Shown: piece by piece, positions 12,441-25,620 of the stretch
Layout of the letters: every line of letters begins with the position of its first letter
Position numbering within the stretch: the first letter of the stretch is position 1
Assembly: GCF_006345805.1 (NCBI RefSeq)
Contig: NC_043003.1
Location: 86,242,001 to 86,306,000 of the forward strand
DNA: 64,000 nt
Origin: Octopus sinensis
Lineage: Eukaryota
Direction: 5' to 3'
Notes under the pieces: model-generated
What the model was told of the DNA's origin: nothing
Database searches by the model: none
What the model saw: only the letters and a program-made list of their open reading frames with translations
Program-made: the position numbers and the translations under genes

Positions 12441-13579
12441 ATTTACCTACTTTCCTTACATTTGCACAAACATTTTAACTACTCATGTTACAAAATATCA
12501 TGGCAGTTATCACTTTATTTTCATATATTAAAATAATTTAAAATTTATTTACAGTCAAAATAATTTGGGTGAAAGATGGTTTATCAGTATTCAATGGCTT
12601 AGCTTATTTAAATATTTCATTTAATTGGCAACTCAAATATTATTTTAGCTGCAATATTTTAAGCTTTTTTTTTAAATTTGAAGTTTACTTCTTGTCCCGT
12701 ATTTTCTCAGGTTTATCAAATACTTAAGAATATTGTTATCCTGTGCTCGCATTTTCCATTCTAGCCTACTTTTGTTTTACAAGTGATGCAGAACGATTCA
12801 TAATTTTTATTCTAATGATATAGTTAGCTTACTTTGTCATATTATTTCATTTCTTATTGATCAATAATTCATGCCTATTCATTTTTATTAGAAATTCTAA
12901 ATTGAATAGCACTTCCTTTACATTGTGTATTATGAAATCTGCCTATTTAGAATTAATGTTTTAATTAATATTTGTCAGAAATAACAATTCTTAAAAAGAA
13001 AGCAATAATATGAAAATATAATGCATTAACTATGAACAATGGGGAATCAAATTAATTAGAAAAGGTCGACTAAAAAACACAACAATTATAGACTGGATTT
13101 TCTGTTTGCCTTGTATTGGCAAGTTGTCATTTAAGTATCTTTAAGTGCAGCACATATATTTACAACAAGCAATTTTTGAAAGCCGCATATTATTGGGTTA
13201 GAAAGAAACGATACATCTAGTGGAGATCTTTCATTTGAACACAAATAAAGTATAGTTTGGGTTGTAACGTAATTTGTTACGTACAATAAGATAACCAGGC
13301 AAAAGTAACAACAATGTAACGAACTAACAAAGATCTATTTTCTGGTTCAAGTTTTCCTATCACATTCCTGCAACTGTTGTGTAATCTTTTCTTTGACTTC
13401 ATGGAAAGATTTGGTCTCCCCTACAAAGTTTTGACGAACATTTTGCAATTCTGTCTCGACATGACATCTCTTTCGGAACGTTCCAATTCTTTACGCAGCG
13501 CTGGTGCCATGCTCCGTGCCGGTTACTCGATTGGGCGATGATCTCCTGTGACAATATGACAAAATTAACAAACTAAAGG

Positions 13580-13617
<38 letters not shown>

Positions 13618-14691
13618 CTCTTCGTCTTTTTAATTCAGAAGAAAAGTTGATCGGCTCTCTGTTTGGTAGCAAGTCTGTGAAAAATAAAAGCATCTTGTTT
13701 TGGTCATCGTCCCTTAAATCTTAAGAAAGTCTTGCAGATTATTAGAGTCCCAGAAAAACAGGCAGATAGAGGAATCATCATCAGTGCTGTCTGTGAAGCA
13801 GAAAACTAGAACGTGTAGAACTTTTCTTTCCTAAGATTACAAATTCTTGAGTAGAAAATTTGTTGCTTGGTACGTATAATTAAATCGTTCTCGGATCATA
13901 AGTTAGGTAAAATTACTTTAAAATTAATACCTCCCTTCCAGCATTTAAGTTTACGATTAAAAATAGTAATTGATCAGATGTATTCACTATAATAAGTCTT
14001 CCTTCCTTCGGTAAATAATTGTACTTTAAATATTACACATTACTAGGTCAACAGATAAGCAGAAGAATTTGCATTGTTTCTTCGGGTCCTCGTCCGTCAT
14101 AACCTGCACCACAATCTACATCGCACTTACACGAACATACGTATGGAAGATATAGAACTGCAGCGACTGGCTCGAAAAAGAAACTAAAATAGAATATATG
14201 AAACAGAGAAGCTCAGAAAACAGTCATACTTATTTAGCACTTTTTCAAATTTAGAACGTGTTACTACAAATCAGGAAATCCAAGAGGTTCTCTCATAAAG
14301 ATTTTACACTACAATTCAATGCTTGGCGTGGAGAAAAACGACGTGCTGTGAAACATTAATATGAACATACGCGAAAGAAAACAAGTGAGAGTTGAGAAGA
14401 AAAAAATGTCATTAAAGGCAAAACAAATCACAAGGCTGTAAGAAGTGAAGTGATGAATTATTAAAAGACTGCAAAGAGAAAGGTATGTGAAGCACAAGAG
14501 AGAAGGTTAATTACTTGAGATAGATCTACGGTAGAAAATAGCATGAACACAACACAAAAAAAATATAAATCTTATTAAGCCGAAAGAATCGCAGGAGTCT
14601 GAAATAATACTCAACAAAAATACGTCTTCAGATGAAAATTACGGCGTCTGTCATTTTGATGTTCGAATAATCAGTTTCGTAGTGCTAAATA

Positions 14692-14990
14692 TGAAGGTGC
14701 ATGGTTCAGTGGTAAAATTGTTGGGCTCACAATCATGAGGTGGTGGGTTCGATTTCTGGACCGGGATGTGTTGCGTTCTTGAACAAGACGGGTTATTTCC
14801 TGTTGCCCCAGTTCACTCAGTTGTAGATATGAGTTGCGACGTCACTAGTACCAAGCTTTATCGGTCTTTGCCTTCCCCTTGGACAACATCGGTAGCGTGG
14901 AGAGGGGAGATTTGTATGCATGGGCGACTGCTGGTCTTCCATAAACAACCTTGCTCGGTCTTGTGCTTTGTAGAGGAACTTTCTTGGTAC
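14692..14990 (+). mobile_element. tRNA-headed CORE-like SINE, family C
   Basis: Box A/B-like head GGTTCAGTGG..GGTTCGATT followed by TTCTTGAACAAG..CAGTTCACTCAG..ATGAGTTGCGACGTCAC; homologous to 56561-56900. Confidence 0.8.
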
Positions 14991-16849
14991 AATCCCATAA
15001 TCAAACGCTTCTTAAGTTACTCTGCATAAAATGTTTGGAAAAATCGAAAGTGAAGAATTCATCAAGTAACAGAACTTAATATTCCAAAGCCAGTGGTCAC
15101 TATATTGTGTCAGAGACAGAAACCGAGACAAAAGATGTAAAAATTTCTTATCTGTGGATGAGATTGCAATGACTGCTGGCTATAAACAGCTTTTTGAGCA
15201 TTTCTCCTGTTTTACTCCTGAAGTCAAGAAATGCATGTCATCAATTTAAAATTAATGCCTGACGTATTCAAAATTTTTGTGGAGAACCAGAATGACAAGT
15301 GAGACAGTACATTAATCTCGAACTGATTATTAGCACTAGTCACACCAACATTAGTATGTTTCGATCTATGGCTGCTCAAACAATAGTAAAAAGAAAATAC
15401 AGCCCTCTTCTGTAAAGTTGAAAATTATCTCAGAAATGACTTGTCGCTTCCTGTAGTTCAAACAAATAATTTCAATTATAAGCGGTATCTTACGGTTTAA
15501 ACGATATCGAAGACTTGATTTTTTAACTATTGTCGCTGATGATGCGGCAACTCCCTTAATTCGTAGCGCTATTTTGATACCACAATTACAAAAATCTACA
15601 AAGAACTTGAGAAAGCACAAACATGGTGTCACAGCTATGATAAGAGAATTTCATTATTCTGACACGCAGTTATTTCTAGGTTGAATTCAGAGGCAATTAC
15701 TCCTGGAAGATCAGATATTCCGGCTATAATATTAAATATAACATTATCATTTCTGAAAAGGCATATCAGTATTCCATCAATTCCAGAAACGGAGATTGCA
15801 TTATGGGAATATCCTCATCATGTTGGCAGAAAAAGATAAAATTTAATGACACAGATAATATGTGCAAATAATATGTGCAAAAACGATACACTAATAAAAA
15901 GTCTATAAAATCGTTAAGAAGTATATAATCCGCTGCGAAAAATTAAGATGTACTCTATCATTATGAATGGAAGATAACAGTTACAGTAATGTTTCTTTAA
16001 GGATTTTAAAAAGTATATTGAGGCGAAAACGGACGGATTTTCAATATATGTAAGGCAGCCAAAGTATGATGATGACAGTTCGTCTGTCAAATTCGACGAT
16101 GACCTCGCAACTGCCAAATAAATAAATAAATAAATAAAGAAGAGAGGAGAAATAAAGAAGAATGCAGAAGCTGCTTCACATATCATGTTCATCCATTGAT
16201 GATCAATGAAGACAATGACTTCAACCCTACGGCACAACTTCAAGGGAAGTATCTTCGCAAGGGACAAGAGGACCACAAATGCTCTTGTCTAAACTACACC
16301 ATCAGTACGCTTGACTCAAGGGAAGTGTCGGCATTTCATTATCGTGAATGTGTGATATCCATCTTTAGTGAAATATCCACTTTCTCTGGGTCATGAACAA
16401 CCAATGAATGTCAAGACTGATTACGCAGTACTTGAATAAGGGGCGTTGTCATGTAGTGGGGGTAGGGAAACCACGGATGCTTTTGGTTATACTACATATT
16501 CCATGCAAATGAAACTGCGGACGTGCCGGCATTTCATCGTCGTAGTTGTGCAGAACACCCCATGACCCAACACAAAACTAATTTAGTCTTAGTTGGAGAT
16601 CTGTCAGTCAAATGCCGTATAGTCTTACTCGCTAGACTAATATAAGTTGGTTTTAAATGAGAAAGAGCTGCACTCATTCTCACACAATAAGCTCACACTC
16701 AGACTCACGTGTCGGCACATAATAAACTCAGTGGCAAGGATAAAATGAAGACAACAGAGTTTGTACAACAATGCGGAAGTTTACCAAAATGAGTGAAGGG
16801 ATTTCCAAGCTTCACAGCAACGTTTAACTTGGTATGTGTCCAACACATG

Positions 16850-17240
16850 GAATATCATTCCGGATGTTCGTCCCATATCATGGCTTCTGGTTCCTCCTTA
16901 CCAGTTACCTTCAATGGCCACCAACTTTAAAGCTCTGGAGATGATTACTACTTATTAATTCTCTGTCTAATTTGAAAGAAATAAAAATACGCCACACAAT
17001 TTTAATGTACACATATATACATTCTTCAATGAACATTGACTCCCTGTTTTCATATGTCCTTTGACATCCCAAGTCACCCAACTCTCCAGGATATCTAAAA
17101 TTCTCCTTACTAGGCAACCTTGTGGCGCAAGGAAGCTTAATCGCCACCTCTCCGATCTTGCAACAGGTGGTACAGAGTTACAGGTTACCGGAAATATTCT
17201 GACGTTAAGCATTAAACAGGTTTTAGCTACTTTTTTACAA
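16850..17240 (-). mobile_element. Heavily decayed LINE-like (possibly RTE) 3' coding remnant
   Basis: GC-elevated segment; minus-strand peptide ERWRL..RRILDILESWVTWDVKGHMKTG loosely resembles an RTE C-terminus. Confidence 0.25.
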
Positions 17241-17250
17241 CAACAAACTA

Positions 17251-17304
17251 TTCTCTCATTCACCCGTGTTCTCTCATTCACCCGTGTTTTCTCATTCACC
17301 CGTG
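17251..17304 (+). repeat. 18-bp tandem repeat x3 (TTCTCTCATTCACCCGTG)
   Basis: Direct reading; one substitution in copy 3. Confidence 0.95.
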
Positions 17305-17493
17305 TATTAAAAATTTCTTTTTTATGTTCGTTAATGTTTCATGCTTTCTGAAAATCTTAACAAACAGTTTTTATTTGAAATTTTTGTCTTACTGCAAATA
17401 TTATAAATATTACTGTGAACCATTGGAATGCGATTCGTCTTATTCTGTTTAATTTAACTTAATTATACTCGTTTTAAATTATCATATTGGAAC

Positions 17494-17895
17494 GGCTGTG
17501 TGGCAAGTAGCTTGGTATCCAACCACATATATCCGGGTTCAGTCCCACTGCGTGGCACCTTGGGCTAGCGTCTCCTACTATAGCCTCGGGCCGACCAAAG
17601 CCTTGTGAGTGGATTTGGCAGACGGAAACTGAAAGAAGCCCGTCGTCTATATATATATTTATGTTTGTGTGTGTGTGTGTATTTATATGTTTGTGTGTCA
17701 GTGTTTGTCCCTCCAACATCGTTTGACAACCGATGCTGGTGTGTTTACTTCCCCTTTTATTAGCGGTTCGGCAAGAGAGACCGAACGAAAAACTACTAGG
17801 CTTACAAAGAAGCCCTGGGGGGAATTTTCTCGACTAAAGCCGGTGCTCCAGTGTGGCTGCGGTCAAATGACTGAAGCAAATAGACGAATAAAGAT
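17494..17895 (+). mobile_element. SINE family B (tRNA-like head, internal (TA)/(TG) microsatellite, conserved tail)
   Basis: GGCTGTGTGG.AAGTAGCTTG..GGGTTCAGTCCCACTGCGTGGCACCTTGGG..GACGGAAACTGAAAGAAGCC..GCGGTCAAATGACTGAA. Confidence 0.9.
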
Positions 17896-18091
17896 ATAAA
17901 GAATATTGTTTTTCATCAATGATCAATGCCTGTCCAATCAGTTATAAATGCCTTTTTGATGATTCACCAAATGAACATCACAACACCATTTATTAACATG
18001 TATAAGTCACTGTGTTGTTTCACAGGTTTATTTCTGTTATGTGAAACTCAGAGTAGCAGTTTGGGAGGCATTTCACCTTCAATATATATAT

Positions 18092-18169
<78 letters not shown>

Positions 18170-20442
18170 TGCGCGCAAGCATGCAGTGGTGTAGGTATAT
18201 ATGTATTTTTTACACATATACACACTTGTATAAATCAGTAGTCAGCGATGTAAAAACCAAGAATTCGTGGTCTGATAGAACTATACCAAGCACATACATA
18301 TTCAACGCCAAAGAATCTGAACTCTTCCATACTAGAATATTACTGAGTGTGAAGGGGAGACTCTATCGTTGTATTTTTGCAAATAGTGTGTACAATAGTT
18401 ATCTACGTAGATTTTAGAGAAGATTTTGAATAAGCAAAAGTAATGAATGGGGTTAAACGTATAAATGTTCCTTCCCGTATTTCTTCTCTAATCAGACATT
18501 TGATGTTTTGTTTTGATGTGTTCAGTAAGTATTCCAAACAACCCGTAAACTGAAAATTCATGGGAAACAATGTAAAATGCTTGAAAATTATTGAAAATAA
18601 TGTATTAAAGCATGGCCTAAAAGATTCGTTATTGAGATAGCTGATCACAAAATTGTCTTTCAATCAAGAATAAAAAATATAATGTCTACCCAAATCTGCT
18701 GAAGTTAAAGCACAAATCAGGAGGATTTAATTTTTGAATGTATTATCACTTCTGTCATTTTAGACATGACTGTTTAGAGGAATTCTTCATTGATATAGAA
18801 AGATTTCACAAGAAGCATCTCTACAATATCGCAACAATAAATCCATAACCAGGTCTTTCTACACTTGATGAATAAATTAACACTGGAAACCTCTCAATCT
18901 GTCTCTGTTATAACATGCTACAAGTTTTCAAGTTTGTTGGAATAGTAGATTAAATATTATAATTCAATTTTCCTTTCAATATGAGGATTATCACTTATTT
19001 TGATTCGTGATTCTCAGTGTCTTGTTTGACTTTGGCAGCAAAATTTATAAACTACTCATTTTAAATGTTTCAGATCAGTTTTCTAAGGTTTGTGAAGAAT
19101 ACAGATTTCCTTACAAATTTATGATTCACCGCATTATTCACTATATTTCTTGATCAATATATTATGTTAATTCTGCAATTTAGCTAACTCCAGCATCACA
19201 GATTTGTTTTCGAAGAGACTATTTTCTCATTGCCGCAATTATAAATATATAAAGAGAGCCTGCACTTGAAAGGTGATGTACTCTACGATAGTATTTAATG
19301 CGATAGCAAGCTAATATTTAACGAAGAGTAACCAAAGAAAGAGTAAATTAGCATCACTTTGTTGTGTATATGTATCCACAACAGGAAGCAATACTAATTA
19401 GAGGTAATTAATACATTCGTGGGATACCAATTAGAAAATAATTCTCGTTCGAAAATAAAGGATGTGCACTCGATTAGAATACGTCGTCCTGCTTACACGA
19501 ATGCAGTGAACAAAGACATGTGTCTTGATAATTAATTAATAGCAAATCTTCTAAATTTATACGCACCTAATTGGTTTATATCACAGCAGATTATCATCAG
19601 AAACTGTGACAAAATTCATGGTAAACATGCAGATTTTTAGTACGAACGGAAGTAAAAGGTTCCGCACACCACAGGTACATTATCTATCACCACCCACTAA
19701 AAATAAAAATGGGAATATTAAATATATCTGAAAGCTGCGGACTCTTACAGTTCATTATTAATGTGTAGTCGATCAGATTGAGTATTGTGTATTTTGCATA
19801 ATGCATACTTGAAGGAAATATTTGGGTAAGTGAGAAATTCGAGTATTAATATCAGCAAGATTCCACGACTACAATTCAAGCCGTAGTCTTTAGAGACTTT
19901 TCGTAGGAAAAGCTTTAGTAAGCAACTAATGAGGTACTAAGTCAAATGGCAGGTTCTTCTGTTCATCTCACCGCAGAGAAAATACAAAAATGTGCTCTGC
20001 GTGATGAGTGAAGTGTGAATTCCCTAATAAAAACGCAGCAGCTGCAATCCACGCCCAGCTGCTGGGACTCCTGGCCTTGATATACCACTTTTCCCACGGT
20101 TGGATGGATTTGATCTGGTTATTAAATTTAAGAAAACGAGCGCTCTGGAACAGGTTACAAAAGCATTATAGCTCAACACCATCGACAACTACAAGATGGG
20201 TGTCGTACTTAAATTTACTTAACTCAGATTACCACTCCTTGGATATAGAGAATGACAAAAGGGTGAGATCGGGAAGGCAGTTTCAACTTTCAACGTCTCA
20301 CGTCTCAAATGTGGACAAACACAGCTTGGTAGTTGTAAAAATATTCATACATATATGTGAATGTTCAGAACACATTCACTAAACTTTAAGTATTATTACA
20401 CGTGCACACATAAAGATACACAAACACACACACACGCGCGCG

Positions 20443-20483
<41 letters not shown>

Positions 20484-20499
20484 ATGTATGGATATATTT

Positions 20500-20700
20500 T
20501 TTTACTTGTTTCAGTCATTTGACTGCGGCCATGCTGGAGCACCGCCTTTAGTCGAGCAAATCGACCCCGGGACTTATTCTTTGTAAGCCCAGTACTTATT
20601 CTATCGGTCCCCGCTAAGTGACAGGGACGTAAACACACCAGCATCGGCTGCCAAGCAATGCTAGGGAGACAAACACAGACACACAAACACATACACACAA

Positions 20701-20799
<99 letters not shown>

Positions 20800-20965
20800 T
20801 ACGACAGGCTTCTTTCAGTTTCCGTCTACCAAATTCACTCACAAGGCATTGGTCGGCCCGGGGCTATAACAGAAGACACTTGTCCAAGATGCCACGCAGT
20901 GGGATTGAACCCGGAACCATGTAGTTGGTCAGCAAGCTACTTACCACACAGCCACTCCTGCGCCT
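20500..20965 (-). mobile_element. SINE family B, full length
   Basis: Reverse complement of the same head and tail as 28501-28902, with an expanded internal (TA)n. Confidence 0.92.
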
Positions 20966-21665
20966 ATATATCTATGAATATGCATGTATTTGCGAATATA
21001 TGTGTGTATGTAGGTTTGTCTGTGGATTTCTTTGAGCATGGGATATATCAAAACCGGTTCCTTGATTATAACTACTAGAATCGTGGTGACTGCCACCTCA
21101 TTACCCTTCCTTTAGATAAAATAATTACTAAACAAAGTGCTGAAAATCAATCATACAAGCTAAAACCCTTTAAGAGGTTCCTCAAGAGAGCTTGCATTCA
21201 GCTGGCAGGAAAAGTAAGAAAATTAAAGAATAGTGAAGTATCGCTCGAGTACGTAAATACGCTTATATTTCTATGTGTATTCTGTTAATGTCTGCGTTTA
21301 CTGTATATGGTTAATGGAAGTTTAGAACAAAGCTCCTTTAAATGTTACTTTTAATGACGTATAATTTATCATCTTGAAATAGTAAGAAAAACATTTGTGT
21401 AAAAGCACATAAACCATCATTGAAGTGCGGTAATATATTTGATATATTACATATAACGACTTTAGAAAGTCTAGTAATGAACTTAGTTGTAGGAAATATG
21501 TAAAAAAAAAAATCAAATACCGATATAAAATATTTGGAGATTAATAATTGTAACGAATGCCATTGCATTTTCTTTTGTTTTCTTTTGGGATATTTACTTC
21601 ACTTAATCAAGAGCAACTACTGAGGCCTATCGATCAACAAAGTATTATATAAATTCTTGTTCAGT

Positions 21666-21697
<32 letters not shown>

Positions 21698-21911
21698 TAA
21701 ATGTGGAACAATGAGAATGAGTGGTCAATACTGCATTGGTGGATAGAAATTGTTTGTCTATTAAAGCTATCATTGGTTTCATGTTCAGAAAGAATATCTT
21801 AATATCTTAGCAATTTTTCAAGCCGATCACACACACATATGTACATATACATACATATATGTATGTGTATGCGAGTATTAAATACACACACACACATACA
21901 CACACACACAC

Positions 21912-21944
<33 letters not shown>

Positions 21945-22089
21945 TGTTGCTGTTGTTAATCCAAGCAAGAATTAGAACAAATGGAGTTGGAAATGTACAG
22001 GGAATATATTAGAATCGATTAGAATTCAATTATATTTTAAAATATACTCATCCGCTAGATTTTCTATACGTTGTGAGTTGGAGTGAACT

Positions 22090-22660
22090 AACGCTATCTC
22101 TAGCGGACGAGTATCCACCACCGAGGATGACCACAAAGAGCTCGAAACCGTAGAGTCTGGTGGTCACGTAGCTGGAAGTTACAAGGGGTTCACTCCCGGC
22201 TTGCAACGTATGTCAGATGAATTTAGCATAGACTAACCAGCTGGAGCAAGCATCCTCTTGAGGTTAAAATAGCAGTAGCGTTGATTCCTACGGAACAGCC
22301 ATATTTAAGTGGTGATAAACATTACTTCTCTGTATAGTTACTGCTTTAATCTCTCATAGAGATTTTCTAACTAGTTAATTTGCTTGTTGCAAGATCGGTG
22401 ATTGTATGTCTGTAGTTTTTTTTTTTTTATATTGAGCGAGCTAGATTTAATTAGTGATAACTATAGCGGACGTGTATCCACTTCCGAGGATGACCGAAAA
22501 GAAATCGAATCTGTATGGTCTGATCGTGTTGGGGCTGGTAGGAAGAAGGTTTTCACTCCACTGCATGCAATATATATCGGATGCAGATTGCATCGAATAG
22601 CCTCCTGGGATTAAAAATAGCAGTAACATCGGTTCCTACGGAACAGCTATGTTTAGGTGG
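22090..22660 (+). repeat. Diverged tandem dimer (period about 363 bp), each copy with a decayed hammerhead-like motif
   Basis: TAGCGGACG.GTATCCAC..CCGAGGATGACC at 22101 and 22464; shared AAAATAGCAGTA..TTCCTACGGAACAGC.AT.TTTA.GTGG; related tail again at about 24790-24880. Confidence 0.75.
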
Positions 22661-22899
22661 TCATAGGTGATATAATTAAAAGTCTTATATATAATTATTG
22701 CTTATTCATTTGTCGAAGAATAATGTTAACAATTAATGTTAGTTCATTCCTATTGATCATGTTAAAACATATCTCTTCTATGTTGAATATGTGTGGGGTA
22801 AGTAAGATGAGGAGGTGTGGAGTAGATGAGACAGATAATAGGTGCCACGTGAATTTCGGTTTCCTGAATAACGTGTTCACGCAAACATTCTACAATAAT

Positions 22900-23450
22900 T
22901 AATTCATAGGAAAAGGAGAAATGTGTATTGCTCATATTTCTTATATCCTGTTCAGCAGTTGCTTGCATGTTTTAATGAATCAACTGGAGCATTGTCTGCA
23001 TATTTATAGAGCGGAATACAAGAAATTTGTATCTGGATATTCACTAGGTAAAATTTATCCTGTTTTGGGATTACATATTTGTTGATGATGAATATTTAAT
23101 GCCATTCTTCAAGAGAGTTTAGTTTGTCCAATGTAGTCTTCTCTGCGTACATTGCATTTAATGGCATATATTACATTTTTTTGTAGAAAAAGTTAAATTG
23201 TTTTATACAGTAAAAACTTGTCCTGATTTAAATTTATATGTAGTGCCCTCCATAAGGTCCTCATAATTTCTGCGATTGGCTCGGTCACACATTTTAACTT
23301 AGAAGTTACTCGCTGGCAAATAGTTTTCTTTAGGGGCTTTGGTTGAATTTGATTATTCTCTATGATTCAAGTGCCTTTTTCATTGTTGAATTTTGGCTCA
23401 ACAACAGTTCTGATAGATAATGCTGTCTGTCTCTATGTTCCTTGGGCTTT
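22900..23450 (-). mobile_element. Penelope-like GIY-YIG endonuclease remnant
   Basis: Minus strand reads NVIYAIKCNVRREDYIGQT at about 23120-23180, the GIY-YIG signature of PLEs. Confidence 0.75.
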
Positions 23451-23517
23451 GTGTTTCAATTAAGGATAAAGTATGGAGTGTATCCGAACTGCTTTTGGCT
23501 TTTCATCTGTTCTTATA

Positions 23518-24783
23518 CGAGGGAGTACCCAAAAGAAACTGGAATATTTCTTTATGATTTTATTCACTTAACTTTATATTTTCATACTTCTACCGCCTTC
23601 AACGTATTCTCCATTTGAAGCAGTGCATCGGTCCAGACATCTTTTCCACCGTTCGAAGTGATGCCTTTTAACGCCTCTGCCGTTTTTTCTTTACCTCTTC
23701 AATATCTGCAAAACGTTTTCCTTTAAGGACTTTTTGCCGCAGGATGAAAGATCGGGTGAATTGGAAAGGGTGGGTAAGCGGGGTCATTTCATTTTAGATC
23801 AAAAACTGTCTCATACACAAGGTGGTATGCGCAGGCGCATTGTCGTAATGAAACCACCACTCTCCATTTCGCCATTGATCGGGGCATTTTCGTCTCACAG
23901 CATCTCGCAAATGCTTTAGAACTGCCAAATAAAATGTCTGGTTAACAGTTTGAACAGGAGGAACAAATTCTGCGTGGACAATTCCTTTTGCATCGATGTA
24001 ACAAATCAGCATCCTCTTGTCATTGGACTTCACCTGATGCGCTTTTTGGGACGGTGGTGACAACCAATGCTTCCATTAATTTCATTGCTGCTTTGTTACC
24101 GGGTCGTATCCGTAGCACCAGCTTTCGTCGCCAGTGATGACCTTCAAAAAAACAGAAAGGCTTGGATCAACTTCTAACTGTTCTTTCAGTTCATGACACT
24201 GTTGTTGATCTTTCGTGAGCGCGAGCGACACAAATCTTACTGCAACTCTTTTTACAATTCCCCTCTCAAATTTTGTTGGCAGGAGCTTCAGGACACACCA
24301 GTCATATCAACAAATTCATTAATTGTTCGGCGAGGGTCATCCAAGATAAGTTCTTATATTTTTGTGATGTTTTCATTCGTTTGAGAAGTTGACGGTTGCT
24401 CTGACAGAGGTTGGTCTTCAAGTGACAAGTGACCAGTCCTAATGCGTGAAAACCTCTCGTGAACTTGTTTTTCTTTTTCATTGCAATGTCCTTGTACGCT
24501 GTTTGAGGCATGAAAACTGTTTCGGTTGCTGTTTTCCCATCTAGAAAACAAAATTCAACGGAAGCGCGCTGTTCCATCGTTTCAGCTACCGAAAAAAGGA
24601 CGAACAAGGGAGAAGTGCTGCAAAGCAAAGACGCACCAGGTTGCAGTACGACACCACCGGCAGACGCCGGTCGGCAAACTGAGTCCTGAGAATCGCATCA
24701 AGTGGCTTCTAGCGGTGTAAGCCTGAACTACAACAGGTTTGTCCCGCAAAGAACGTTTCCAGTTACTTTTGGGTACGCCCTCG
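23518..24783 (-). mobile_element. Full-length (1266 bp) mariner DNA transposon with TIRs and TA target duplication
   Basis: Left TA|CGAGGGAGTACCCAAAAGAAACTGGAA; right TTCCAGTTACTTTTGGGTACGCCCTCG|TA. Confidence 0.92.
23560..24577 (-). pseudogene. Mariner transposase, multiple frameshifts and stops
   Basis: MEQRASVEFCFLDGKTATET.., SLEDQP, KGIVHAEFVPP.QTVNQTFYLAVL, WWFHYDNAPAHT, KGKRFADIEEVK. Confidence 0.9.
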
Positions 24784-24891
24784 TATAACCTACCCCATGT
24801 TTAGGTTGCAATAAACATTACTTCTCAACATAAATACTGCTTTTCTCTCCTATAGAGATTTTCTTTAACGAGCTAGTTTGCCATGTATATA

Positions 24892-25010
<119 letters not shown>

Positions 25011-25040
25011 CAAAATAATCAACAGGAAATCAAGAAGTGA

Positions 25041-25126
25041 TGCAGTACGTCCGTTTCAAGCGGCTCAGTTTAATTGAACAATGCAATCATTACAACAGTT
25101 TAAATGCAGAACTATCATCAGCTGCA
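25041..25126 (-). ncRNA. Type I hammerhead motif (GUA site) with weak helix II base
   Basis: Minus strand TGCAG-CTGATGA-T-AG...CTT-GAAA-CGGACG-TA-CTGCA; 5-bp helix I. Confidence 0.5.
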
Positions 25127-25263
25127 GAAATAAATACAATTTTAATTAGTTGGACACATTAATATAATTTTTGTCTCAAAGATTTTAACAGAGTAAGATG
25201 ATGGAAGAAATCTATGTTGTCGCTATTGTAGCTTCACCTTAAGTACCTAATTCAACTGTATCT

Positions 25264-25297
<34 letters not shown>

Positions 25298-25405
25298 CAA
25301 CTGGGCGGGATTTTGAAGTCACTCTCAATACTATTCTTGCTAAAGAGTAATAAATGTGTACTCTACTAGACGTATTTAGTAATCCTGAAAACCTTTATAT
25401 CTACT

Positions 25406-25459
<54 letters not shown>

Positions 25460-25588
25460 TATGTTTGTGTGTGTGTGTGTTACTTTTATCTTTTACTTCT
25501 TCCAGTGATTAGCCGTACTTGGACAACATCTTGAAGAGCTTTTATTCAAATGAATTATTGTTTTTTAAGCCTGGATCTTATTATATAT

Positions 25589-25620
<32 letters not shown>

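Noticed and set aside
16062-16095. ATGATGA-T-GACAG-ttcgt-CTGTC-AAAT hammerhead-like hairpin
   Set aside because: C3 and G12 are missing and there is no helix I or III; at most a dead relic.
17251-17304. Three 18-bp repeats resembling a CRISPR-like array
   Set aside because: Contiguous, with no spacers, in eukaryotic context; an ordinary minisatellite.
20008-20382. 124-aa plus-strand ORF
   Set aside because: Non-ATG start and no recognisable motif; another frame has stop-interrupted, retroelement ORF1-like text, so it is probably repeat debris.
20396-20842. Long ORFs rich in YI, CV, MYVC or HT repeats here and throughout the ORF track
   Set aside because: Translations of (TA)n, (TG)n and (TATG)n microsatellites and SINE bodies.
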